Shown piece by piece: positions 47,261 through 62,992 of a DNA stretch of 64,000 bases. The position numbers and the translations under genes are program-made. How positions within the stretch are numbered: position 1 is the stretch's first letter; every line of letters begins with the position of its first letter. The stretch is from Macrostomum lignano (taxonomy: Eukaryota), in assembly GCA_002269645.1 (NCBI GenBank), contig NIVC01002078.1:83409-147408 (forward strand), in the 5' to 3' direction. The notes beneath the pieces are model-generated. The model ran no database searches. It saw only the letters and a list, made by a program, of their open reading frames with translations, and had not been told where the DNA came from.

Positions 47261-49573
47261 CCGTTCCTGCCGGCATGGTCAGCAGAGCTGACCATAGACT
47301 ATTTCAAGTTTTCAGTGAACTGAATTGCACTGCCACTCCTGCCAATAAGCCAGCCATCGCTGGTCTAATCTAGGGTTGAAGGAGAATGTACATTTGGAAT
47401 GGGTTGCACACACGCTTATCAAAACTGTACAAGACTGGCCATAGACAGTCCAGTTTTAGTATATTAAGGGCTGTGCCAAATTCTGTACAATTCTATTCAT
47501 GTAATTCAAATCAATCCAAATATGGATATTCTGTTGACTTCCGACTCCGAAAATGACGCTGGAATAGCGGAGAACTCCGAGTCGTCTGAGTCGGTCACTA
47601 TCAGCGAAGTAGAAGACGATTGGCAGTTTGTGGAGCCAGGCGAAGACATTGTTGAAGACGGCCCCAGTTTCACTGGAATTTTGGGTGTAAACCCCAGCCT
47701 TGTCCTTCCCGAAGACCGTGAAGACATCCAATATTTTCTACGACTGTTTCTAACCGATGAGCTGCTGGATAAGATCGTGGAGTGGACAAACGCAAAAGCT
47801 TGGGCTGAGTATGAGCAGGCGACACATGATGGAGATGTTTCGAGCTTGCTGAAGTCATGGAAGGACACAAACCGCAGTGAGATATCCAAGCTGTTGGGTA
47901 TGTACCTGTTCATGGGCATCTCACGGAAGCCGGAACTGCATGATAGCACCAGTGTCATTCACAGTACTCCGTTTTTTCAATTGCCCAATGGCTTGACCTG
48001 TGACCGATTCAAGCAGCTGCTGGCCTTCCTTCGTTTCTACGATGCACGAGCACCCGCCTCGAACGACCCACTGCACAAGATTTGGCCGCTGCTCCGTCTG
48101 GCTCAGCAGCTCTGCGCGAATGTGTACCAGCCGGAGCAGCAGGTCAGCGTCGACAAGTCCCTGATTCTGTACAAGGGGCGCCTTCAGTTTAGGCAGTACA
48201 TCCCATCGAAGAGAGCCAGAGTTGGAATTAAAATGTACTGCGCCTGTGAGTCTGCATCTGGCTACCTGTAAACTTTCTAGTACATTCGACTGCTGAAGAG
48301 AACTCTCATTTTGGCGACGACCTCGGTTGTGACCAGCTGTCTCTAAGCGAGAAAATCGTAGTGCACCTTTGCAAGGACCTGCTTGGTTTCGGCTATCACC
48401 TTTTCGTCGACAAGTGGTTTGCCTCAGTACGGCTTGCGACTTTTCTGTACGAATGCAGCACACTGCTGATAGCAACTGTTCAAGCCGACCGTGGAGTGCC
48501 GTTGGCATTGCGCAGTCAGCAGGAGCCATTGAATGACGTAGTTTTCATGAGGAAGCTGCCAGTGCTGGCCATGAAAATCCTGGAGCGCAAGGAAAGCGGC
48601 TTGAAAACATTCTTCATGATCGACACCCACGGCTCAGCTCAGAAAGTAGCGACGAACCGAATTCGCAAGAATGGTGAAGCTGTGCAAGTGCAGAAAAGCG
48701 CCTTGAACCTGCTGTACAACCGCTGCATGGGAGGCGTTGACCGACTCGATGCCATGCTGAAACCGTACGACAGCTGCCACAAAACCTACAAGTGGTTTCA
48801 TAAGTTGGGGTTTCATCTCTGCCTGCTGCTTGTACACAATGCATGGGTTGTATACTCAAAGCACGGTGGCCGGCTGCAGTTCTTCAAATTCCTGGAGAGC
48901 TATATCACCCTACTGGTTGACTCCACGGGACCAGGAAGACAGCGAACGGCAGCTAGGCAACCAGCAGCGGCCGCAGCTCAGCAGCACTTTCCATCAAAGC
49001 TGCCTCCGAGGGAATCGTGCCTGAGGCCGGTGAAGCGATGCCGCGTGTGCTACCGCAACGGCACTGCGAAGCGCACCGTGTTCTGCAGTGCGTGTCCGAA
49101 TGCACCTGGACTGTGCCCAAGTCCCTGCTTTGAACGGTGGCATGTGAATTACTGAATTAAAGAACTCCTTTCACCAGCCGTACTATATAATTCGCGTTTG
49201 TATTCGGCATTGACTATTAATTTTTTACCTTTATGTTAAGACAAAAATAATTAAATGTCCAACTGTGGCACTCTACCACAATAGTGTTCCCTGTATTATT
49301 ATATGCTACTATACAAGCGTACATGTAGTTGCGTCTCAAAATCATAAATTTTTTGTTGCTTTTGGACAAATATCTTCTTTTGCTTGAACTTTAACTTTAA
49401 CTTTCCCTTTAACTTTATAGTTTGAAATTAATTCAACAATAAACTGCATCTTTCTTCTGTGCCATTGTTAGTACATGAAAGTTGCTCTAGTGGTCGCTAC
49501 AGAGTGCTACAGACTGAGTGAGTGCGCTATTTATTCCATGGTCAGCTCAGCTGACCATGTTCGGCAGGAAAGG
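47261..49573 (+). mobile_element. piggyBac-superfamily DNA transposon, full length (2313 bp), flanked by AGCT
   Basis: ~37-bp TIRs: left CCGTTCCTGCCGGCATGGTCAGCAGAGCTGACCAT; right reverse complement CCTTTCCTGCCGAACATGGTCAGCTGAGCTGACCAT. AGCT at 47257-47260 and 49574-49577. Encloses a piggyBac transposase. Confidence 0.9.
47522..49155 (+). pseudogene. piggyBac transposase (PGBD-like) disrupted by a frameshift at ~48270
   Basis: Acidic N-terminus; DRFKQLLAFLRF; VDKSLILYKGR (first D); QYIPSKRARVGIK; FVDKWF (second D); YNRCMGGVDRLD (third D); C-terminal CRD CRVC...CSAC...LCPSPCFERWH. The two ORFs join by a frameshift (...GYL / NFLVH...EKIVVHLC). Confidence 0.92.
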
Positions 49574-50674
49574 AGCTGCAATTCTGCGCCTCACTGGCCA
49601 TAGACTACTAATTTTTTTTTCTCGTCACCTTCTATTCTATGGCTATGGTCAGCTCTGCTAGCCACCCGGCATCTAAGGGTTATAAGATAAAAAGTGATGC
49701 TCTGGTATTTCAATTCATTTACTTTTTCAATATATTGCTTTTTATAAAGACTTTCAAGATAATTCTCTTGCTTTTTCCATTGCAGACTTGCATGTATTAG
49801 TTTTTTGGGCATTTTTTCAGATGACTTATATGCAATAAGTTTCTATTGTCAGAAACATGTGTAGGAGATTGCTTTTCTTATTGCTTAAGATAGCTTGATA
49901 ATCTATAAAGAGGAGAATGTGGAAATAGGAGAAGGCAAACAGAGGTTTCTATTAGTAAAAGTTTTAAGATTTAAGTTACTCAATTAAGTCATTAATATAT
50001 ACTTATCTATACTTTTTGGTACCTAGGATTTTTCTACTTATGATACAAGTTGCATCAAATTTGAATATCATAATCAAGCCTCTGTATTGGTTTTTCTGGC
50101 TATTTCTAGGACAACCCTTGGAGATGCCATAAACTAGGGTATTGAAAAGCAATCTGGGATACCAAAATGTCAGGAACTAAAAAGCATAAAAACCCTAAAT
50201 GCAAAATTATTGCATTTGAAAGCAAAGCCACAGAGAACTACCATAAATCAACTATTGAAAGGAATTATAAAATTTATTCTTAGGTATCCAATTAAATTTT
50301 ATATAGAAAAACCTATAAAAAGTAGCTTATAAAAAATTAAGAGCCAAATAACTTGCACATTGTTCATTGTTCACAATGTGGATTGTTCACTTTGGATTAT
50401 GCCCATAATCAAAAAGATAGCCTTTTTTCACTGAAAATTCTAGTACAAAATGGGGTTGGACATGCACCATCGCCGCTTTGCATACTAAAAGTTAGGCATA
50501 CACACTGGGTTTTTTAAAGGTTGGAAATCCAGTTGCCAGCTGGCCCTTGGGGCTCAAAATCTTGTTGCCAATGGCTAGCCTATTTTTGGTTCTCAAGGAT
50601 GGATAGGCCTATTCTAAGGTTACACTTGAAAAGCAGAAATTTGTTCTCCAAACTCTAAGTCTAAGATTGCCAAT

Positions 50675-50830
50675 GGCATAGCCAGGAATTTTTAATTGGG
50701 GGGAGGCGGGTTGGCCTGGCTGGCCATGCCTTATGCCATTGCCACTTTTGACGCTGCTAGTACACATTTTAGTGTTGCAGGCACTTATTTTGGTGCTGCA
50801 GGCATTCATTTTAGTGCCACAACCTAGGCC
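50675..50830 (+). mobile_element. Degenerate MITE fragment related to the 16062, 38980 and 59119 elements
   Basis: GGCATAGCCAGGAATTTTTAATTGGGGGG matches the inverted right end of the 38980 MITE. Decayed GCAGGCACTTATTTT units follow. Confidence 0.5.
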
Positions 50831-52879
50831 TAGTCTAAGTCTAGGGCCTACTTATAATTTTTATATAGCATGCCACTTATACAATTATACAAACCCCTTA
50901 TTCAGATTAGACAAATAAATTACTCCAATATTTATATTTGTTTGATTTATTTCACAAAATTGGGATAGGCCTAGGCCTATGTATCTGAATGATAGGCTAT
51001 GCCAGAGAAAAGTTGTTTTGTACTAACAGATGAAAATGCAATAGACAAGATCAATGCGCACGCGCACCCTATCACTATCAGTATTTAAGAATTTATTTTT
51101 ATTTACTACACGGAAACGTAACAAGCACGAGTACAGATGCATAACTTAGGCCTATTTAGTCTTATTTAAACATTTAAAAAATGATAATGAATGTATTGAA
51201 TTATACGTCATTAAGTTTCATAATAAAATTCTACAGGTTACTTTGTCAACTAAATAAATTGACTATGGACACTTAACGAAACAAATACTTTGACAAACTG
51301 TCTATACGGATCATCAGGACGCGCTAGTTGACAATGCTGTGACAATTAAAAAATGTAAACAAGATTACCCAAATCGTAAAATGAAATATTTTCCGTATTA
51401 TATATATTTTACAGTCGTTTTCAGTTTAACAAAAGGTGTGCAAAAAGTTTTAAAAGTTGCGCGTCTGCTTTTATTTGTTTAGCTGATTGCTTTTTCTTAC
51501 GTACCGGCGATGCTAAGTCACGGGAAGAGATCGAGGGAGACAGGAAGACAAGGAGAAGACAGAGAGTAAAGAAGACAGGGATGGATGGAGACCGGTAGAG
51601 ACTGCTAACTGCTTTAAATACTGTCTAAATGTAGCTACATGTTATCAACATATAACTTCAATCTAGATTACTTCTGTGCAGCAAGCTCCACGTTATTTCA
51701 GAATTCGCACTGAAATTTAGTAAAATGTTTTTATGGTTAAAAAAATTATATGCTAGGGCTACTGGCTTTATAGTTTTTAACTTTCAGCTAAGTCAGTTGT
51801 AGAGATTGGGTTTTAATTTTAAACCTTTAAAGTAAATAAATATCACTTTTTAATCACCATTTTCGATGCACATTGTCAGAATCATTAGGCCAATACAGCT
51901 GGTTTGCTTTAAGAATAAGAATGAGTGCATGAGCTAATTATAATGTTACCAAATTATATAGCAAACTAGTCCGAAGTCGTAACCAAATAAAGTATTTCAA
52001 CAAGGATTGCATGATGTATACATGTATCAGAAACATTATATGAAAATGAAACTTTCACTTTTACTTTCACCAAACACAACTGCAAAATTAAAAGAAATGG
52101 TCGATCATATCTGCATTGCCCCAGATCAAAAGCAAATCATTGATTTGCGTTGCAGAAAAGATTTTTTCTATGTCTGACGTCTATTTTTACAGGAAATTAT
52201 CATGTACACTGAAGTACGTCGTGCCCCCGGTGTTTCAAAACCAGCCATCATGCTAGTGCTACGAGTAACATTTCCTCTTCATACAAAGCATACATGTACG
52301 GTACTATTTTTGCCATAGGTGCAAGAGTCCACACTGTACCGAACATGTACTGATCGCAGCATTTTTTATGCAAATTTTGAAGCCACAGGCGAGATTTTTT
52401 CAAAGGGTAACGCATATCACATGTGCAAATTAATGTATAAGCAAATTAAATAACATCATCAGCTTTTATACATGCATGTACTTGACTCTCTAGCCTTCAA
52501 TGTGTTGGCTCCCTCATTGCAGATATGTACATAGTACGTCATAATTGGATTAATTGCAAGCAATACTACTTCTTCTGGTGGAACAAAAGTGTTGTTGTTT
52601 AAGCTTTATAACACTGCTAAAATAAAAATAGCTATTACATATTTATTTTATCATTTTTCACTTAAATAAAAATGGACACATAAAAACTTGCTAAAAATTA
52701 GTAGCTTGCTTCAAGTAAAACTAACTTCACATAGAGTCAGGCTTAAAACCAAATTGTCTATGGACAGGTAAAGAGTCTAGGAAAAGTGCAGTCAAGAAGC
52801 ATGGAGCCTGACAATACGCATTTCGCCAAAATATCTGTAAATCAGCTACCGAAGTCCACCAAGATCTGGTAGCTGCTTG

Positions 52880-53560
52880 GGGTCGATGCTGTTCCATCCC
52901 TGAAAACCATACAGCGCTGGATAAAAGCAGCAATAATGGGACCCGGGAAGTGCTCGGCGATGATGATCGACCTGGCCGCGCCGGCCAAGGATCGCTCAAG
53001 CTGGACGGGTGAGCTGGCAATGAGCTGAGGTGGATGTGCTCAATGTGTGGGTAACCCACAACTTCACGGATGGGCAGAGACAGATGCGAGTCAACTGTGC
53101 ACACAATTGCGATGGGTTTTGCTAAGGATGAAGGATCGGGAGCTATGAAAGGTATATTCTGTACGCTGTGCAAGACGAGACATGGATGTCCTTGGGATGC
53201 TGATGGAACCAAGACTGACAAACAGGACTTGGCTTGACAGGGTATATACCCCCGGAAGCAGGTTGTGCGCCCGAATGCCGTGACGAAACGGAAGTCCCTG
53301 CTGATGGTCACGTTCACAGCCAACAAGCGATTCTCAGTGTGACTGCATTGCCTCAGGGAGAGACGGTGTACGTGGATGCCCAGCAGATGGTGAGCTACCC
53401 CCAGCCCAGTCCGACTGAGCGAGATCAGATTTCAAATGAACAATGCTCGACCGCATGTTGTAGGACTCTTTGGGGATTTCCTGCAAGAGCGCAATGTCCA
53501 CCGAGATTTGGCAGAGCCCCTACAGTCTCGGTCTGAACCTGTACGTGGCCGATTTCTGCT
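52880..53560 (-). mobile_element. Decayed non-LTR retrotransposon (LINE) APE endonuclease remnant
   Basis: Across frameshifts on the minus strand: VDIALLQE, GVA(H)HLL, RLLAVNVTISRDFRFVTAFG, and PIIAAF in place of PIIxxGDFN. Confidence 0.6.
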
Positions 53561-53916
53561 CCTCTTGTTGTAAAAATAACAATTATACTCTGAGACTCTG
53601 AGATTCTGTCGTTCAAACAACTAAGAAAGAGCAAGGTGCTCGGGCCAGTGGCCTCCTGACTCAAATATATATATTTGCTATGTCTAGCTGGGCAGTCTAC
53701 AAGTACGTAGCCGCCCTCACAAGTGCGTACGTATAGGAAAAGACTGACGGAGAGGGATGGTTATAGGCTAGTAATAAAAATCGATAATAGAGTTAACCAC
53801 TCCATTAGCATGCATGCACCAAAGAACGCGACACCTCTTGCTGAAGAACGCACTAAGATCAGCTGCCCAGCCGAAACTTGACCAGGATCGCCACTCGCCT
53901 TCGCCAATGGATACTA

Positions 53917-54520
53917 TACTCAGCAACAGCTAAACCCCCCCCCCCCCAACTCACGCTGTCACACGGGCACAAAAGTTAAGCAATGTCTTTAATTCTAGTC
54001 TCAGGATCGTGTGTAGGAACCACGAGCATGCAAAAGTGCCGTGACTCGTCGTGGCATCCTGATCACCAGCCGGTTGATGAACTCTTGGGGCAGCTGCACC
54101 GCCAGTCGCAACTGTTCAGCATTCTGTGGGGCATCCTGCTGAACTCTTCGCTTTACAAAGTCCCAGACATGCTCGATGGGGTTCATGTCTGGAGACTTTG
54201 ACGGCCAGTTCAATGTGCGAATGCCGAGCTGCTCCTTCAGCAGCTGCTCGTGTGCTGCTCGATGTGGCGCAGCGTTGTCGTCTTGAAGAATGCAGTTCTG
54301 CGGGCCGCCAAAGGTTGTCGTAGCAAATGGTAGAAACTGCTGCTGTAGCAGCTCTGCATAGGTCTGCCCAGTTACATTCTGCTCCAGAATGACAAGCTCT
54401 GTTTTGCCATTCAGTGCGATGCCAGCCCAGGCGTGCAGTGAAACACCTTGTGAGTCGGCACAAAACTTTTGGGCCGTGTGACAGCGTGAGTTGGGGGGGG
54501 GGTTTAGCTGTTGCTGAGTA
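53917..54520 (-). mobile_element. Tc1 (DD34E) internal-deletion derivative, 604 bp, with ~60-bp TIRs and TA TSD
   Basis: TIR TACTCAGCAACAGCTAAAC(C)nAACTCACGCTGTCACACGG at both ends; TA at 53915-16 and 54521-22. Transposase C-half: WAGI...ILQDDNAAPH...WPSKSPDMNPIEHVW, with 34 residues between D and E. Confidence 0.9.
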
Positions 54521-55423
54521 TACATTGCTGATTAAAGTTGAAACGTTTCGTGTTTTTTACCAAGTTTTGCTTGTCTGGAGGTACTGACAACAAGACTTAA
54601 TTTATTGTTCCACTGGAGTGTCTCAAATGTCACCGGGGCAGTGGCCTTAGCAATCCCCTCACAATGCCTCTCAACGTTCTGCGATGAAAAGAAACCTATT
54701 GCTACATGTGGCATGATCACAGTATAGTATTTCCAATTTAAAATTGGTTGTTATAGCTCTCTTTCATAAAAATGTACATGCATATAAATTAATGTAATTA
54801 AACTAGCTTGTACAAGCTTGCATCAGCTTTTTGTTCTAGAAGTGGTAATTACACTTCCAAACAGTATTTTGGATAGCCGTGATTTTTTATCTTCAAGTGA
54901 GCAATTTTTTAAGTTTTGTCTCTTGCTTTTTTCCACGCGTGATGTTTCATATTTAAAGTATTATATATGTACTGTCAGCAGGGTCGTACGCAGCGGGTTG
55001 GTCTAGTTTAGGGGGCCAAACCCCTTGTGTTGGCGCCCACGTGATGGAGCCCCCCTCAAAGATGGCACCTCTACAATATGGCTCATGTATATAGCAACTT
55101 CAGATATTAAGAATCTAAAGGATCAGAATGCCTCCCAGTGAGTCATATGAATACGTACGCTGTAAACTCTGCACGTACATTACAGAAGGTATTACGCGCT
55201 AATCCACTAGCTGAGGTTAAGAAAGCCGGCCCAGTTCTTAAACCCACTAACCCATACGTGGCAACATCTGCTGCCAACACAGAAATGCAAAACGCTAAAA
55301 AACACAAGAGAAGCCCGATAGAGAAGACTAGCTTGTTGCTGCCCGTTTTAGAGAATCAGAGAAATACGAGAGTAAAAACTTCCGTGCTTTGATTTTCTTA
55401 GTTGCGCTCGTTTAACAGTATCC

Positions 55424-58635
<3,212 letters not shown>

Positions 58636-59118
58636 GGACTTGCCCAGAAGTTGCACTGTGATTTAGAGCTTGTTGGTGGGTACACGGCAGAAGATACCAA
58701 GACAAACACTTAGGCAGGTAGTGCGTCTCCCTAGGCACTAGGTAGGACTCTAGAGAGAAAGTATACGGAGTCACTTTTCTTCTGAACAAATTATGCTTAA
58801 ATTCATGAACAAGAAGTAACAAATTTAGATACTACAATTTTTGCATGCGCTTATACAGGTAGGTATGTGTGCACTTCAATCATAGAAGTTGCAACAGGTG
58901 CACACATCAGCATGTCATGCATGGTTTCGGGCGCGATATTATCTATGTATACGAGCGTACTGATCTCTACGTTCATCTTTATGTAATAAATTTTTATAAA
59001 AATGCTTCAAATATACATTTCTGCAGAAAAAAGGTAAACAAGCTAGAAATAATATATGTCCTACCTAAAAAGATGTTTCATTTCGTTAAAGTAGGTTCGT
59101 GTTTATACTACACTATAG

Positions 59119-59280
59119 TCAGGGGCGTCGCCATCGATTTTATGGTTAGGGGGACAAAGCCAAGAATTTTACATGTACATGTACATAATTTTCAGAATCG
59201 GTGTTGTAAGCACTTATTTTGGCGCCGCAGGAACTCATTTTGCCGCCGCAGGCACTCATTTTAGCACCGCAGGCACGCCA
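59119..59280 (+). mobile_element. MITE fragment, same family as 16062
   Basis: CAGGGGCGTCGCCATCGATTTTATGGTTAGGGGGACAAAGCCAAGAATTT...GCCGCAGGCACTCATTTT; only ~3 internal units. Confidence 0.7.
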
Positions 59281-59534
59281 TAGAACATGAAGCATGGAAC
59301 GCCTTGACCGATTTAAACTTCGTAGAATCACGAAAAAACGTAGTATCCACTAGATGCCATTTTCATATGCCATCAGAATTAAATAAAAGACTTAAAAAAT
59401 ACGCATAACTGCTCCGTTTGTAAATCCGCAGTCAAGATGATGAGTTATACATTGCATTGGGAATGAAGTACTAAAAGAAAGAGACCTGAAACTGCGCTTA
59501 AATACAGATATTGTCTTTGGTCACTTTAACTGGG

Positions 59535-60222
59535 TGCTTCAGACCGCACTCCCCTCGGCTGTCGACAGCTTCCTACTGCGCAGACGCATCGGTCGTTGCC
59601 ACAGCAAAAAGCGCCTGAGCGTGCTTGGTTACGCCGACGACCTTGCTCTCCTGTCCTCGTCTGGTTGAAGGCTCCCAGCGCCAGATCGACGGGCTGGTCG
59701 AGGTGGCATCGAGCATTGGTCTGGTTGTCAACACGCTGAAGACCGAGGTGCAGACTGTGCCGGCAGACATCCCAGTGGACCTGACGTGCCGCGGCGAAGA
59801 CTGGCAGACGACCACGCTCGCACGCTGCCAGCGGCTCACCTACCTCGGCGGTCTGGTGCCCCACGTGGAAGAGGACCTCCGGCGGCGCAGGGGACTTGCC
59901 TGGGCGGCCTTTCGTTCGATCCGAGCCGCCCTCCAGTCCGAAGCGCTGCCCGACCGTCCAGAGGGCTCGGCTGTGGCAGGCGGTGGTCGAAACCGTCCTG
60001 CTCTACAACGCCGAGACGTGGACGCTGACGGCTACACCAAAGCGGCAGCTGGACTCGGCGCACTCAAGGGCTGCTCCGTGCGGCCTTTCGAGCTGACGAG
60101 AGCGTCGGGACCGAGGCCCTGTACGATCGGGCCAAGCTGCAGCGCCCGTCCACCATCCTGCGCCGGCGGCGACTACAACTGGCGGGCCACGTGATCCGGG
60201 CCGAGGGCTACTGCCCCCAACC
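59535..60222 (+). mobile_element. RTE-clade LINE reverse-transcriptase fragment (5' and 3' truncated, frameshifted)
   Basis: LGYADDLALLS (YADD at ~59629); GLVVNTLKTEV; YLGG; RRRRGLAWAAF; QAVVETVLLYNAETWTLT; RRRRLQLAGHVIR. Confidence 0.85.
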
Positions 60223-60452
60223 TGCCAACGGGGCGGAATTTGTCCGCTCTCAGGCTCTGCGGCGCGCCATCTGATCGCGCGCTCACTGCTCTCACTGTGA
60301 CCTCCTTGCATTCGGGGCTGCGTACTTTGCTGTTGTTGTTGTTGTTTGTCTTTGGCCAAAACGTTACGCAAATAAAAAACATAGATATAATATTTCTAAA
60401 GCGGCGGCAATTGAAACCAATTTTACCCAACTCTGCTATAGCCGCTGTCCTT

Positions 60453-60983
60453 ATGGAGCCACTCATCATAACCCTAGCAGGCGCGCTGACCATTCTATCC
60501 ATGCTGTCTGCAGCCCTGCTGGTCACTCTATTAGCGACGCGACACCGGAAAAGCGTCCGCTGCTCCGAGAACCTGCCGCCTCCGCACTACCCCAACCCGG
60601 CGGGCAACAATTCCGGCAGCGGAAATTCCAGCAACGACGCCGAGAAGGACGTCAGCGGCAAAGAGGCGCAATCGGCTGCCAATGCTAATATGAAGAAAGA
60701 CTGCGAGATGATCGACATGAGTCGCATTGTGCAGCGACGAAATGACAGGCTACTGAAGCAGCAGCAGCAGCAACAGTTGCAACGAATCAAATTCCAAAAG
60801 AAGCAACGCCTGCAAAAGCAGAAGTCTGCAACAAGCGCATCGGCGGTGTTAAAACAGAAATGTTGCGACGCTGCTAGCGTCACGGCTGCCGAAATTGACA
60901 TGGTTGCCAAGGCGACCGCCGATACTGCGGAAGACCAGTGCCAGATTGTTGATGAATCAGACAAGCAATTCGGAGACAACTAA
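60453..60983 (+). CDS. Orphan single-pass membrane protein, 176 aa (N-terminal TM anchor, PPxY motif, Q/K-rich coiled region)
   Basis: MEPLIITLAGALTILSMLSAALLVTLLA followed by basic TRHRK; LPPPHY; poly-Q; GC-rich codon usage like the other genes. No family recognised. Confidence 0.6.
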   Translation: MEPLIITLAGALTILSMLSAALLVTLLATRHRKSVRCSENLPPPHYPNPAGNNSGSGNSSNDAEKDVSGKEAQSAANANMKKDCEMIDMSRIVQRRNDRLLKQQQQQQLQRIKFQKKQRLQKQKSATSASAVLKQKCCDAASVTAAEIDMVAKATADTAEDQCQIVDESDKQFGDN

Positions 60984-61329
60984 CCTCATGACATGCAGAC
61001 TCCAAAAACAGGAGTAGTATATTGCTTTGCATGCATTATTCCTTTGGCGAAAGATTTAATCTATACGTAAAAATAAAGGTAATTAAAATTATACAAAAAA
61101 TTACTGGCAAATATGGTATGTAAAATTTCTCAACCATGTAACCTTACAACTGCAACGAAAAAGAATGTGTAAAATATACTTCTAACACATTCATGTAAAA
61201 GTACATGCATTTTGCCTCATTTTTCTCCAATACTCGTAGCTCAACCAAATAAAATAATCAAATTCCGAACATTGATTTATCATCTGCAAAATCATGAGGA
61301 ACCCGAATGCGTACTATGGTCTCCAAGGT

Positions 61330-61843
<514 letters not shown>

Positions 61844-62070
61844 ATAAGGCCCAAAAGTCAGATTTTATTTGTGATGACCAAAACCAAAATGACAATTTTT
61901 AGCCTCCATCGTGGTGTATTTTTTGGTAAATATATATGATTAATTTTGAATAGTGTGTATCGAATACGCTTGTATTATATACAGTATATTGTCTGGTAAA
62001 TGAGTTCGAAACCCCGACAACTGTTTGATAGCGTGTTTACGAGTACTGAAGACAGTCTAATGCTGAATTG

Positions 62071-62992
62071 TCAAACTTTTACCGCAGAAATTGGATCCAA
62101 ACAGGGCGCATTTGAACGTTTAAAAATCAATTGCTTAGCAGTACTGCGTGTGCGTTTTGCGATAAGCGGCCTTGTCGGCCCATCTATTGAATCCCAAATA
62201 CTGCTGTATTCGAAAGCAGTTTGGATTCGCGCGGCGGCGGTCGGGCACGGGCCGAAGGTGCGCCTGTAGGCCATCTTCGCCTCGGGGCTGGCGATTCTGT
62301 TGTAGATGCTCTGGCGAAAGCAGGGCGACGATTTCGTACGCTGGTCGAGCGCCTGCGAGTGTGGGAGAGGGTTTTGAGGTTTAGGAAGAATCTTAGGGTT
62401 TTTGACAATTCAAAAGTCCGAAGTGAGGTGTTTTTGAGAAGAGCTTGCGTGTCAAAAGTGATCGGTGCTTTGAGAGGAGCTTTGCGAATCAGAAGTGATC
62501 GGTGTTTTGAGAGGAGCTTGCGAATCAGAAGTGATCGGTGCTTTGAGAGGAGCTTGCGAATCAGAAGTGATCGGTGTTTTGAGAGGAGCTTGCGAATCAA
62601 AAGTGATCGGTGTTTTGAGAAGAGCTTGCGAATCAAAAGTGATCGGTGTTTTGAGAAGAGCTTGCGAATCAAAAGTGATCGGTGTTTTGAGAAGAGCTTG
62701 CGAATCAAAAGTGATCGGTGTTTTGAGAAGAGCTTGCGAATCAAAAGTGATCGGTGCTTTGAGAAGTGCTTTCGTGTCAGAAGTGTTGTAATTAGGCTAT
62801 AATATATAATCTCACTTCATCAATGCTGGAATCGTCCACTCCATTTTCCAGAACCTCGTCGCTGAGCATATTTGTGCTCAAATCGTCCACCGACTCCTCT
62901 ACTGGTCCGTCTTCGAATTGCTGTTGCATGGCTCCGACTATGCTAAAGACAGTTGCCATGCCAACCAAAATAACGACTGTTGGCATCCTCAT
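62071..62992 (-). CDS. Putative secreted peptide precursor, ~152 aa. Exons 62992-62816 and 62352-62071
   Basis: Signal peptide MRMPTVVILVGMATVFSIVGA, then an acidic spacer. Donor GAA/GTGAGA at 62815 and acceptor actcgcag at 62353, both phase 0. Exon 2 has C-x24-C and dibasic sites RR, KR, KR. The 3' end of the CDS is less certain. Confidence 0.6.
62445..62775 (+). repeat. 36-bp minisatellite (CGAATCARAAGTGATCGGTGTTTTGAGARGAGCTTG) in the peptide-gene intron
   Basis: About 9 tandem copies. Confidence 0.93.

Noticed and set aside
62000-62020. GTTCGAAAC B-box-like motif suggesting a tRNA
   Set aside because: No A-box and no cloverleaf stems.
62221-62802. 186-193-aa ORFs with KLFSKHRSLLIR or LRIKSDRCFEKS repeats
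   Set aside because: Translations of the 36-bp intronic minisatellite; the real coding parts are the flanking exons.
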